DNA from: the human T2T-CHM13v2.0 reference genome, Homo sapiens
Reading direction: 5' to 3' (one strand)
NCBI RefSeq assembly: GCF_009914755.1
Contig: NC_060929.1
DNA length: 64,000 bases
The stretch's first letter is position 1. Each line of letters begins with the position of its first letter. Both the position numbers and the translations under genes were made by a program. The notes under the pieces were generated by a model. The model was given only the letters and a program-made list of their open reading frames with translations, searched no databases and had not been told where the DNA came from. This document shows, piece by piece, positions 14,101 through 28,900 of this stretch.

Positions 14101-17100
14101 CTGGGGGCATACAGCCACTATGATAATGGGCGTAATTTCATTCTCCCTCTTCTCCTTGATATAGGAAAAATATCACAGTGGGGTGTACACTCCCTGCAAT
14201 GTTGAGATTAATGTCATCCTCTCTTCCCCTGCGTATTAGAAACAATATCACAAGGGGGTGTGTACATTCCCTGATATATTGGGAGTAATATCATCCACTT
14301 TTCTTCTGGATATTAGGAGCAATATCACAGAAGGGGTGGACACCCACTGTGATATTGGGAGTTATATTATCTTCTGCTCCCTAAATGTTAAGAACAATAT
14401 TACAAGCGGGTTGTACACCCTTTGGGGTATTTGGAATAATATCAAACTTTCCTCTCCTGGATATTGGAAAGAATATCACAGGGTGGTGTGTACAAATCCG
14501 GCAAAATTTTAAGTAATATCATCCTCTCTCCGCCTGAACATTAAAAACAATATCACAGGAAGGTTGTACAGCCCCTGCGATATTGGGAGTAATATAATCC
14601 TCTTTCCACCTGGGTATTAGGAACAATATCACAGCGGGGGTGTACAGTTCCTGTGATATTGGGAGTAATATCATCCTCCCCATCGGATATTAGGAAGTAT
14701 AGTAAACTTGAGGTGTACAGCCCCTGCGATATTGGGAGTAATATTCTCTTCCCACCTAGATATTAGGAACAATATCGCAGAGGAGGTGTAAACTTTCTGA
14801 GATATTGGGAGTAATATCATCCTCTCCTCCTCTGGATATTAGAAAATATATCACTGGGGGGTGTACACATTCACAATATTGGGAGTATATCCACCCCCGA
14901 TTTGGGAGTAATATCCTCTTTCCCCCTGAATATTAGGAACAATATCACAACAGGGTTGTACACGCTGTATGATATTGAGATTAATACCATCCTCTCCTTT
15001 ACTGAATACTAGGAACAATAGCAAAGGGGAGGTATACACTCCCTGCAATATTGGGAGTAATATCATCCTCTCCCCCCTCTGGATATTAGGAACAATATCA
15101 TAGGGGGGATGTACACCCCTTGCCATATTGGGAGTAATATTATTCCCCCCATAGGTATTAGGAACGATATCACATAATGGGTTTCCAGCCTTTGCAATAT
15201 TTGTAGTAATTTTAATATATCCCCACCTGGATATGAGAAACAATATCATGGGTGGGTGTACACATCCTTTGATTTTGGGAGTAATATAACTCTCTTTCCC
15301 CTCGAAATTAGGAACAGTATCAGAGGGAATGTGTACACTTCCTGCAATATTGGGAGTAATATCATCCTCTACCCACGTGGTATTAGGAACAATATCACAA
15401 AGGGGATGTACACCCTCTGCGATATTGGGAGTAATATCATCCTCTTTCCCCTGGATGTACCAAACAATATCACAGGGGGGTGCACACCACCTTCGATATT
15501 GGTAGTAATATTATCCTGTCCCTCCCTGGATACTAGGAACAATATCAAAGAAGAGGTGTTCACACCCTGCAATATTGAGAGCAATTTCATCTTCTTTCCT
15601 TCTGGTTATTAGGAAGAATATCACGGGGGATGTACACCCCCTGCGCTATTGGAAGTAAAATCATCCTCTCTCGCCCTGTATATTAGGAACAATATCACAG
15701 GATGGGTGTACATTCTTTGTGATATTTGGAGTAATATCATCCTCTCTTCCCTGGAGTATTAAAAACAATATCACAGATGAGGTGTACACCCCCTGCGATA
15801 TAGGAAGTAATATCATCCTCTCCACCCCTGGATATTAGGAACAATATCATATTGTGGGTATACACTCTTTAGGATATTGATGGTAATATCGTCACCCCCA
15901 TGGATATTAGAAACAATATCACAAGCGAAGTGTACAACGCCTACTATATTGGGAGTAATATCATCCTCTCCCCCACTGGAATTAGAAACAATATCATGGG
16001 GGAGGGGTGTACACCTTCTGCGATATTGGGAGTAATAACGTCCTCTTTCCGCCTTGATGTTAGGGACCATATCACAGGGAGAGTGTACACCCCCTGTGAT
16101 ATAGGGAGTAATATAATTCTCTCACCCCCTTATATTAGGAACTATATCACAGGATTGGGGGGTGTACACTTTTGGGGATATTGTTCATAATACCCTCGTC
16201 TGTCCCCCTGGATAATAGGAAAAAAATCACAAGGGTGGTGAACAACCGCCACGATATTGGGAGTAATATCGTCCTCTCCCTACCAGATGTTAGTAAATAT
16301 ATCACAGGGGGGGATGTACACGACCTGTGATATTGGGAGTAATATAATTTTCTCCCCACCCGGATATTAAGAACAATAACACAAGGAGGTTGTACACCCT
16401 TGGCGATACCGGGAGTAATAGCATCCTTTCCCTCCCTGGATATTGGGAACAATATCACAGGAATTGTGTACACCACCTGCGATATTGGGAGTAACAGCAT
16501 CCTCTCTCCCCCTGATATTAGAAACAATATCACGGGGTGGTGTACACCACGTGTGTAATTAGGAGTAATGTTATTTTCTCCTGCCCTGGATACTAGGTAC
16601 AATATCACAGGAGACGTGTACAGCCCCTGTGATATTTGGAGTAATTTTATCATCTTCCCCCTGGATATTAGGAACAATATTACAGGGGTGGTGTACACAC
16701 CTTTCGATATAGGGAGTAATGTCATTCTATTTCCTCTTGATACTAAACACAATATCACAGGGGGGTGTATGCCCCCCTGTGATATTGGGAGCAATATCAT
16801 CCTCTCTTCCCATGGATATTAAGAACAATATCACAGGGGTGGTGTATGCCTTTTGCGGTATTGGGAGTAATATCATCCTCTTTCCCCTGGATTTAGGAAC
16901 AATATCATAGAAGGAGTGTACACCTTTTGCGATATTGAAAGTAATGTCATTTTCTCCCCTCCTTGATTTTAGGAACAATATCACAGGGCTGGTGTACACC
17001 CTCTGTGATATTGAGAGTAATATCATTCTCTCTTCCCCTGGATATGACGAACAATGTAAGAGGGAGGGTTTTTACATTTTCTGCAATATTTGGAGTAATA

Positions 17101-20100
17101 TTTTCTCCCTGCCCTGGATATTAGGAACAATATTACAAGGGGGGTGTACAGCCCCTGCGATACTGAAAGTCATATCACTCTCTCTCCCTGGACATTGAGA
17201 ATAATATCACAGGGAATGTGAAAGTAATATCACATTACTGGGATATTGAAAGTAATATCATTCTTTTCCTCCCTGGACTTTAGGATATATATCACAGGGT
17301 GGGTGTACACTTCCTGTGATATTGAAATAATATAAGCCTCTAAACCTTTGGATATTAGAAACAAAATAACAGCAGGGGTGTACACCTCTGAGATATTGGA
17401 AGTACTATCATTCTCTCACCCACAGGATATTAGAAACCTTATCACAGGGGTGTGTACACCCCCTGCAATATTGGAAGTAGTATTATCCTCTTGTTCCCCA
17501 CCTGGATATTAAGAACAATATCACAATTGTTAGAAATATCACAATATTAGAAATAAAATAGCAGGAGGGATGTACAGACACTGCGGTATTGGGAGTAATA
17601 TCATGCTCTTCACTTCTGGATATTAGGAACAATATCACATGGGGGTGTACACCCATTGCAATAGTGGGAGTATTATCATCTCCTCCTCTCCTGAATATTA
17701 GGAACAATATCACAGGAATGGTGTACATCCCCTGTGATTTTTGGGAGAAATATCCTCCTCCCCAGATATTAAAAACAATATAACGGGGGGTAGGTGTCCA
17801 CTCTTCTCAATATTGGGAGTGATATCATTCTTATCATTCTTTTCTTTTCCTGGATATTAGAAACAATATCACACAGGGTTGTACACACCCTGTGATATAG
17901 GGAGTCATATCATCCTCTGTTTTCCTGGATATTAGGAACTATATCACAGTGGTGGTGTACATTTGTGTGATATTGGGAATAATTTCATCCTCACCGCCCC
18001 CCCCCGGATATTAGGAACAATATCACAAGCGGACGGTGATACAACCCTCGCGATATTGGGAGTAATATCACTCTCTCCACCCCTGGATATTATGAACCAT
18101 ATCACACCCCTTGCAATATGGGGAGTAATATCACCCTCTCCCCCTGGATATTACGAATCATATCACAAGAAGGTGTACACCCCTCATGATATAGGGATTA
18201 ATACTACTCTCCCCACCCTGGATATTATAAACCACATCACAGGGGGGTGTACACCCCTCTGCGATATGGGGAGTAATATCACCCTCTTTTCCCATGGACA
18301 TTATGAACCATATCACGGGGGGTGTACACACCGTGATATGGGTAGTAATATCACCTTCTCCATCCCTGGATATTACGAACAATATCACAGGGGTATTCCC
18401 CCCTCCCGTGATATGGGGAGTAATATCACCCTCTCACCCCCTGGATATTAAGAACCATATCACAGGCGGTGTACACTCAAGGTGTTTATGATATTGGAAG
18501 TAATGTATTCGGCCTTTTGGATATTAGAAACAACATCACCCCGGGGTGGGGGTGTACAACTACTACAATATTGGGTGTAATTTCATCCTACTCCTTCCCC
18601 TTGACATAGAAGAAATATCACAGGCCAGGTGTACACCCCTTGCGATTTTGCGACTAATGTCATCCTCTCTTCCCCTGCATATTAGGAACAATATCACAAG
18701 GAAATGTGTACATTCCCTGAGATGTTGGTAGTAATATCTTCTGCTTCTCTTCCGGATATTAGGAACAATATCACAAAAGGGGTGGACAGCCACTGTGATA
18801 TTGGGAGTTTTATTATCTTCTGCTCCCTAAATGTTAAGAACAATATACATCCTTTGCGATATTTGGAGTAATATCAAACTCTCCTGTCCTGGATATTAGG
18901 AAGAATATCACAGGATGGTGTGTACAAATCCAGTGATATTGTAAGTAATATCATCCTCTCTCCACCTGAGCATTAAAAACAATATCACAGGAAGGTTGTA
19001 CAGCCCCTGCGATATTGGGAGTAATATCATCCTCTTTCCACCTGGATATTAGGAAGAAAATCACGGGGGGAAGCGTGTGCAGCTCATGCGATATTGGGAG
19101 TAATATCATCCTCTCCCCCCTGGATATTAGAAAGTATATTACACTTGGGGTGTACACCACCTACGATATTGGGAGTAATATTCTCTTCCCACCTAAATAT
19201 TAGAAACAATATCACAGAGGCATGTAAACTCCCTGCGATATTGGGAGTAATATCATCCTCTCCTCCTCTGGATATTAAGAAGTGTATCACCAGGGGGTGT
19301 ACACATCCACGATATTGGGAGTAACATCATCCTCTTTCCCCCTGGATATTAGGAACAATATCATGAGAGGGTTGTACACCCTTTACGATATTGAGAGTAA
19401 TACCATCCTCTCCTCTACTGAATATTAGGAACAATATCAAAGGGGGGGTGTACACTTCCTGTGATATTTGGAGTAATATCATCCTCTCTTCCCTCTGGAT
19501 AGTAGGAACAATAACACAGGGAGGATGTACACCCCTTGTGATATTGGGAGCAATATTATTTCCACCCTCTAAATATTAGGAACAATATCACAGAATGGGT
19601 TTCCAGCCCCTGCAGTATTTGGAGTAATTTAACATATCCCCACCTGCATATTAAGAACAATATCACGGAGGGGTGTACACATCCTTCGATATTGGGAATA
19701 ATATGATTCTGTTTCCCCTGGATATTAGAAACAATATCACAGGGAATGTGTATACCTCCTGCAAAATTGGGAGTAATATTATCCTCTCACCCTGAGGTAC
19801 TAGGAAAAATATGACAAAGGGGGTGTACACCTTCTGCGATATTGGGAGTACTATCCTCTTTCCCCTGGATGTACAGAACAATATCACAGGGAGGGTGTAC
19901 ACCCCTTTCGATATTGGTAGTAATGTCATCCTCTCCCTCCTTGCATACTAGGAACAATATCACAGAAGGGTGTACACACTCTACGATACGGGGAGTAATG
20001 TCATCCTCTTTTCTTCTGGATATTAGGAAGTATATCACAGGGTGCTTTACACCCCCTGTGATATTGGGAGTATAATCATCCTCTCCCGCCCTGTATATTA

Positions 20101-22900
20101 GAAACAATATCAAAGGAGAAGTATACATTCTTTGCATTACTAGGAGTAATATTCTCTCTTCCCTTGGTTATTAAAAACAATATCACAGGTTGGGTGTACA
20201 CCCCCTGCAATATAGGAAGTAATATCCTCTCCACTCATGGATATTAGGAACAATATCATATTGTGGGTGTACACTGTTTAGGATATTGACAGTAATATCA
20301 TTGTCACCCCCATGGATATTAGAAACAATATCATAAGCGAAGTGTACAACCCCTACGATATTGGGAGTAGTATCATACTCTCCCCCACTGGAATTAGAAA
20401 CAATATCACAGGGGAGGGGTGTACACCTTCTGCAATATTGGGAGTTATAACATCCTCTTTCCCCCTCAATATTAGGGACAATATCACAGGGAGAGTGTAC
20501 ATCCCCTGCGATATAGGGAGTAATATAATTCTCTCACCCCCTTATATTAGGAACTATATCATAGGGTGGGGGGTATACACTTTTGGGGACATTGTTTGTA
20601 ATACCCTCGACTGTCCCCCTGGATAAAAGGAACAATATCACAAGGGGAGTGAACAACCCCCGCGATATTGGAAGTAATAGCAACCTCTCCCACTTGGATA
20701 TTAGTAAATATATCACGGTGGGGGGGATTTACACGACCTGTGATATTGGGAGTAATATCATTTTCTCCCCCCCCCGGATATTAAGAAAAATATCACAAGG
20801 GAGTTGTACACCCTCTGTGATATTGGAAGTAATAGCCTCCTCTCCCTCCATGGATATTAGGAACAATATCCCAGGGGTGGTGTACACCACCTACGATATT
20901 GGGAGTAATGTCATTTTCATTCCACCTGGATATTAGAAACAGTATCACTGGGGTGGTTTACACCACCTGTGTAATTAGGAGTAATGTTATTTTCTATGCC
21001 TCTGGATATTAGGAACAATATCACAGGAGAGGTGTACAGCCCCTGTGATATTTGGTGTAATTTTATCGTCTCCCCCCTGGATATTAGAAACAATATCACA
21101 GGGGTGGTGTACACACCCTGCGATATAGAAAGTAAAATCATTCTCTTTCTCCTTGATATTAAAAACAGTATCATGGGGGAGTGTACGCCCTCTGTAATAT
21201 TGGGAGTAATATTATCCTCTTTCCCCTGGATATTAGGAACAATGTCACAGAAGGAGTGCACACCTTTTGCAACATTGGGAACAACGTCATCCTCTCCCGT
21301 TCTTGATTTTAGGAACAATATCACAGGGCTGATGTACACCCCCTGCGATATTGAGAGTAATTCATTTTCTCTTCTCCTGGATGTTATGAACAGTATAAGA
21401 GGGAGGGTTTACATTTTCTGCAATATTTGGAGTAATATCATCTTCTTCCTGCCCTAGATATTAGGAACAATGTTACAAGGTCGGTGTACACCCTCTGCGG
21501 TATTGGGAGTCACATCATCCTTTCGCCCCCTGGATATTGAGAACATCACAGGGAGTGTGTACACCCCCTGTGATATTGAATATAATATCATTCTTTTCCT
21601 CCCTGGACTTTAGGACATATATCACAGGGTGAGTGTATACTTCCTGCGATATTAGAATAATATAAACCTCTAACCCTTTGGATATTAGAAACAATATCAC
21701 AGCAGGGGCGTACACCCCCTGAGATATTGGAAGTACTGTCATCCTCTCCCCCACAGGATATTAGAAACCATATCACAGGGGGTGTGTACACCGCCTGCAA
21801 CATTGGGAGTAATATCCTCTCATTTGATGGATATTAGAAACAATATAATAAGGGAGATGTAGAGCCCCTGCAATATTGGGAGTAATATGCTCTCCACTTC
21901 TGGATATTAGGAAGAATATCACATGGGGGTGTACACCCACTGTGATATTGGGAGTATTATTATCTCCTCCTCCCCTGGGTATTAAGAACGATATCATAGG
22001 AATAGTGTACATCTCCTGTCATTTTGGAAGTAATATCCTCCCCCCTCAGAATATTAGAAACAATATCACAGAGGTGGTGTACAACCCCCTTGATATTGAG
22101 AGTAATATCATTATTTTCCTCTCCTAGATGTTGAAAATAATATCACAGAGTGGTGTACACCACCTGCGATATAGGGAGTCATATCATCCTGTACTTTCCT
22201 GGATATTAGGAACTATTTCACAGCGGTGGTGTACATCTGTGAGATATTAGGGGAAATATCATCCTCTACCAACCTGGATATTAGGAACAATGTCACAATG
22301 GGGTGGTTACACCCCCCGCGATATTAGGAGTAATATTACCCTCTCCACTTCTGGATATTTAGAACCATATCACAGTGGGGCATAGAATCCCCATGATATG
22401 AGTAATGTTACCTTTTCCCCCGTGGATATTACAAACAATAACACACTCCTTGAGATACGGGAAGCAATATCACCCTCTCTCCCCCTGGATATTATGAACC
22501 ATATCACAAGGGGGTGTACACCCCCACGATATAAGGAGTAATATCACCCTCTGCCCCCTGGATATTACGAACCACATCACAGGGGGGTGTACACCCCCCA
22601 CGATAAGGGGATTAATATCACCCTCTTCCCTCCTGAATATTACAAACCATATTATGGGGTGTGTACACCCCCCATGACATGGGGATTAATATCACCCTCT
22701 CCCTCCCTGGATATTATGAAACAAATCACAGGAGTGGTTCACATCCCGCGATATGGAAAAGAGTACTACCCTCTCCCTCCCTGGATATTACAAACCATAT
22801 CATGGGGGGTTGTACACCCCCCATGATATGGGAAGTAATATCACCCTCTCCCCCCTGGATATTATGAACCATATCACATGGGGGTGTACACACAATGTAT
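11170..22900 (+). repeat. Higher-order repeat of ~4.4-4.5 kb (~60 monomers), about 2.6 copies
   Basis: Private markers recur in register: CGCCCTGTATATTA at 11197/15672/20087, AGCGAAGTGTACAA at 11451/15924/20336, and TTTTCCTCCCTGGACTTTAGGA at ~12791/17264/21595. Confidence 0.9.
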
Positions 22901-25900
22901 TCACTTTATTGGCAGTGGTATTATCTCCCTTGTTGGGTATTACAAACAATATCACAAGGGGGTGTACACCTCTTGCAATATTGGGAGTAATATCCTCTCC
23001 CTTTCTGTATAATAAAAACATTGTTAGAGGTGGCGTGTACATCTTCTACGATATTGGGAGTAATAACACACTGTCCACCTTATAATATTAGGAACAATAT
23101 GACACGGTGTGTGTACAATCCCCAAGATTTTAGGAGTAATATGCTCTTTTCCCCTGGATATTAGAAATAATGTCACATGGGGGGTGTACATCTCTTGTAA
23201 TATTGCTTGTAATATCAACCTGTCCCTAACTGGATATTAGAAACAATATCACAGGGGAGGTGTTCATTCCCTGTGATATTGGGAGTAATATCATACTTTT
23301 GCCCTTTTGATATTAGTAACAATATCACAGAGGGGGTGTACACCCCCTGCGATTTTGGGAGTAATATTATCCTCTCTTCACTGGATATTAGGAACAATAT
23401 CACAGGGGAAATGTACACTTCCTGCGATATTGGGAATAACATCATCCTCTCCACCCCGGGTATTAGGAACAATATCACAGGATGGGTATACACCCACTGC
23501 GATACTGAGACTAACATCAACCTCTCCACTTCTGGATATTAGGAACAATATCACACGGGGAGTGTACACACCCTACGATATTGGGAGTAATATCATCCTC
23601 TCCCTCCCTGGATACAAAAAACAATATCAGAGTTAGGATTTACACACCTTGCAATATTGAAAGTAATGTCGCCCTCTCTTCCCCTGGATATTAGGAATGG
23701 TATCACAGGTGAGTTGTACACTCTCTGAAATATTGACAGTAATATCATCCTCTCCTCACCTGGATATTAGAAACAATATCACAGGATGAGTGTACACGCC
23801 CTGAGATATTCGGAGCACTATCCTCGTTTTCCCCCATGGATATTAGCAACAATATCACAGGGGGAGTGTACACCCCTTGCAATATTGGGAGTAAATCATT
23901 TTCTCCCTCCTCCCGAATATGAGGAACAATATTACAGAGAAATTGTACACTCCCAGCGATATTGGAAGTAATATATCCTTCTCTCTCTCTGGATATTAGG
24001 AGTAATATCACAGGGAGGATGTACCCCAGCTGCGATATTGGGAGCAATATTATCCTCTTTCCTCCTGGATGTTATGAACAATATCACATGGCATGTGTAC
24101 ACACCCTATGATATTGGGAGTAATATCAGCCTCTCCTTTTTTTGGATATTAGGAACAATATCACTGGGGGGGTTACAACCCCTGTGATATTGGGAGTAAT
24201 ATTATCTTCTCCCCTCCTGGATGTTAGAAACAATATCACACGGGGGGTGTAAACCCCTTGCCATTTTGGGAGTAATATCCTCCCATTTTGGGAGCCTCTC
24301 CCTGTTTGGATATAAGGAAAAATATCACAGGCGGGGTGTGGAACCCCTGCAATAGTGCGAGTAATATCATGCTCTTTGTCCTTGGATATCAGTAACAATA
24401 ACATGGGGTGGGGGGTGTACACCCCATGAGATATTGAAAGTAATGTCATCCTTTCCCCTTCTGGATATTAGAAACAATATCACACGGGGTATGTACACCG
24501 CCAGCAATATTGGGAGTAATATAATCCTCTCCCCTCCCTGGATACTAGGAACAATACCACAGTGAATGTGTATGCTTTGTGTGATATTGGAAGTAATATC
24601 ATCCTTTCTCTCACTAAATATTAGGAATAATATCACGGGGGTGAGTGTACACCCTGTGCAATATTGGGAGAAATATCTTCTCACCCCCTGGATTTAGAAA
24701 CAATATTATCTGGGGGTTGTACACCTGCTGCAGTATTGGGAGTAATATCACCCTCTCCCCACCTTGAAATTAGGAACTATATCACAATGGGGGTGTAAGT
24801 ACCCTGTGATATTGGGAATAATATAATCCTCTCCCCCATGGATATTAGAAACAGTATCACAATAGGGGTGATACCCCCTGCAAGAATGAGAAGAATATCA
24901 TCCTCTTCCCCCCCTGGAAATTAGGAATAATATCACAGTGGGAGTGAACACCCCCTGTGATACTCACAGTAATATCATCTTCTCACCCCCTGGATTTTGA
25001 AACAATATCACAGGGGTTTGTACAGCTGCTACGATATTGACAGTAATATCATCCTCTTCCCCTCTGGATGTTAGGAACAATATCACAAGGGAGGTGTACA
25101 CCCCCAGCGATATTGGGAGTACTATCATCCTCTCTCACCATGAATATTAGAAAAAATATCACAGCGGGGGGGGGGTACATCCCCCGCACTACTGGGAGTA
25201 ATATCATCCTCTCCCTGCCTCAATATTTGGAACAATATCATGGTAGGGGTATATAGCCTTTACGATATTGGGAGTAACATCATCCCCTCACCCCTGGATA
25301 TTAGGAACAATATCATAGTGTGGGTGAATCTCCCCTGCGATATTAGGAGTAATATCATCCTCTCCTCCCCTTGGATATTAGGAATAATATTCCAGGGATG
25401 TTGTACACCCCCTGCGATATTTGGAGTTATATTACCTTCCCCCCTCTTGGATAGTTGAAACAATATCACAGAAGGGGTGTACACACACTGCGTTATGGTG
25501 GGTGATATTATCCTCTCCACTCCCTGCATATTAGGAACAATATCATAAGGGGGGTGTACACCCCCTGCAATATTAAAAGTAATATTATCTTCTCCCTGCC
25601 TAGATATTGAAAACAATATCACAGGGGGCGTGTACACCCTCTGAAGTATTGGGAGTAATGTCATCCTCTCCCTCCCTGGATATTAGGAACAATATCACAA
25701 GAAGAGTGGACACTTCCTGCGATATTGGGAAAAATATTGTCTCCTTCCTTGATATTAGGAACAATATCACAGGGGAGGTGTTCACCCCTGCGATATTGGG
25801 TGTAGTATCCTAATATCCCCACTGGATATTAAAAACAATATCAAAGAAAAGGTGTAGACCCCCAGCGATATTGGGAGTAATGTCATCCTCTTCTTCTCTG

Positions 25901-28900
25901 GATATTAGAAACAATTTCACAGGGAAGTTGTACACCCCCTGCTATATTGAGAGTAATGTCGTTCTCCCCTCCCCCACTGGTTATTAAGAACAATATCACA
26001 TAGGAGGTGTACACCCCCTGTGATATTGGGAATTATATTATTCTCTCCCTCCTTAAATATAAGGAACAATATCACACAAGGGGTGTACACTTCCTGCAAC
26101 ATTGAGAGTAATATCATCCTCTTTCCCATGGATGTTAGGTACAGTATCACATAGGTAGTGTACAGCACTTGTGATATTGGGAGTAATATCATCCTCTTTC
26201 CCCTTGGAATTAGGAACAATATTACAGGGGAGGTGTACACCCACTGCAATATTGAATGTAATATCATCCTCTACCCACGTGGATAGTAGAAATAATATAT
26301 CAGAGAGTTATATGCCCCCTGTGATATTGGGAATAATATCAAACTCCCACCCCTTGATATTAGGAACAACCTCACAGGGGGGGGTTGTGCACTTCCTGCA
26401 ATATTGAGAATAATATCATCCTCTGCCTTCCTGGATATTACAAACAATATCACAAAAGGGGTGTGTACCCCTTGCGATATTGGGTGTAATATCATCCTCT
26501 CCCCCCCCGTATATTATAAACCACATCACAGAGGGGTGTACACATTCCACGATATGAGTGATATGGGGAGTAATGTCACCCCCACTTCTTCATATTACAA
26601 ACCAGATAACAGCGGGGTGTACACTTTTTGCGATATGGGGGGTAATATCACCTACTCCCCCCCCCGGGTATTAGGAACAATATCACAGCGGGGGTGTACA
26701 TCGCCTGCAATATTAGGAGTAATATCATCCTCTTCCCCACTGAATATTATTAACAATATCACAGGGGGTGTATATCCCCCTGTGATATTGCAAATATTAT
26801 CATCCTCACCCTTCCTGAATATTAGGAACAATATCACAGAGGGCGTGTACACCCCCTGTGATATTGAAAGTAATATCATCCTCTCCCCCCAGGATATTGG
26901 GAATAATATATAGGGGGAGTGTACACCCCCTGAGATATTTGGAGTAATATCCTCTCTTATCCTGAATATTAACAACAGTATTATGGGGGGGTGTGTGTAC
27001 ACTCCTCGGGATTTGGGAATAATATTATTTTCTCCCCCCATGGATATTAGAAACAATGTCACAGGGGAGGTCTACACCCCCTGTGACATTAGGAGTAATA
27101 TCATTCTCTCCCCCCTGGGATATTAGGAAGATTATCACAGAGGGTGTGTACACCCTCTGCGATTTTGGGAATAATATCATACTCTTCCCCCCTGGATATT
27201 AGGAACAATAACACAGGGGGGTGTACACCCTTTGTGACATTGGGAGTAATATCATCATCTTCTTCTCTAAATATTAGAAACAATATCACAGAGAGGGTAT
27301 ACACTTCCTGTGATATTGAGAGTAATATCCTCTCCCTTTTGGATATTAGGAATAATATCAAAGGGGAGGTGTACCCCCTAGAATATTGGGAGTGATATCT
27401 TTCTCTCCTCCCCTGGATATTAGGAACAATATCACAGCGTGGGTGTACACCCCCTGTAACATTGGCAGTAATATTCTTCTCTCCTTGCCTGGATATAAGA
27501 AACAATATCACAGGCGGGGTTTACACTGCCTGCAATATTGGGAGTAATATCTTCCTCTTTCCCCCTGTATAGTATAAACTATATCAAAGGGGGTGGTATA
27601 CACCCTCTAAGATATTTGGAGTAATATTATCCTCTACAAATCGGGATATTAAAGACAATATTACGAGGGAGGTGTATACCCCTTGCGAAATTGGGAGTAA
27701 TACTATCCTTTACCCCAACTGAATATTATGATCAATATCACGGGGGTGGCCTATATCCCTGCGATATTAGGAGTAATATAATTCTCTCCCCCCTGGATAT
27801 TAGGAACAATATCACAGGAAAGGATCAATATTATCCTTTCCCCAGTTGGATATTAGGACCAATATCACAAAGGGGGTGTAGACCCCCTGCAATATTGGGA
27901 GTAATATCATCTTTTCCACCCTTCGATATTAAAAACAGTATCGCCGGGTGGGTTACACCTTTTTTGATATTGAGAGTAATATCATCCTCTCCACTTCTGG
28001 ATAATATAAACAATATTATGCAGGGCATGTACACCCCTAAGATATTTTGAGTCATATCATCCTCTCCCCGACTGAATATTGGAAACAATATCACAGAGGG
28101 GGTACAGTCCCTGCAATATTCGGGGTAATGTCATCCTGGACCCCCTGGATATTAGAAACAATATCATACCTGCGATATTAAATGTAACAAAATCCTTCCC
28201 CTCCCTGCTTATTAGGAACAACATCTCAGGCAGAGTGTACACCCCCTGCTATATTGGGAGTAATATCAGCCTCTCTCCCCTTGGATATTAGGAACAATGT
28301 CACAGGGGTGTGCACACCCCGTGCGATATTGGGGGTAATATTATCCTATCAGGTTCTGGATATTAGGAACAATATCACAGAGGGGGTGTACACTTTCAGC
28401 GATATTGGGAGTAATATCATCCTCTCCCTCCTTAAATATTAGGGAAAAAAATCACAGGGGGTTGTACATCTGCTGCAATATTGGGAGTAATATCATCCTC
28501 TGACCCTCTGGATATTAGAAACTATATCACTGGGGGACTGTACATTCTTTGCCATACTGGGAGAAATATCATTCTCTCCCCCCTTGAAAATTAAAAAATA
28601 CATCACAGTAGAGGTGTACACCTCCTACGATATTGGGAGTAATATCCTGCACCCACCTGGATATTAGGGCCAATATCACAGTGGGGGATGTGCACCCTTG
28701 ATGATATTGGGTGTGATATTATCCTCTTTACCCCTGGATACTGGGAACAATATCACAGGGTGGGTGCACACTCCATGTGATATTGGGAGTAATATTTTCT
28801 TCCCCCGTCAATATTAGGAACAACATCACAGGGTGGGTGTACACCCCCTGCAATAATAAAAGTAATATCATTCTCTCCCCCTGGGAGATTAGGAACAATA

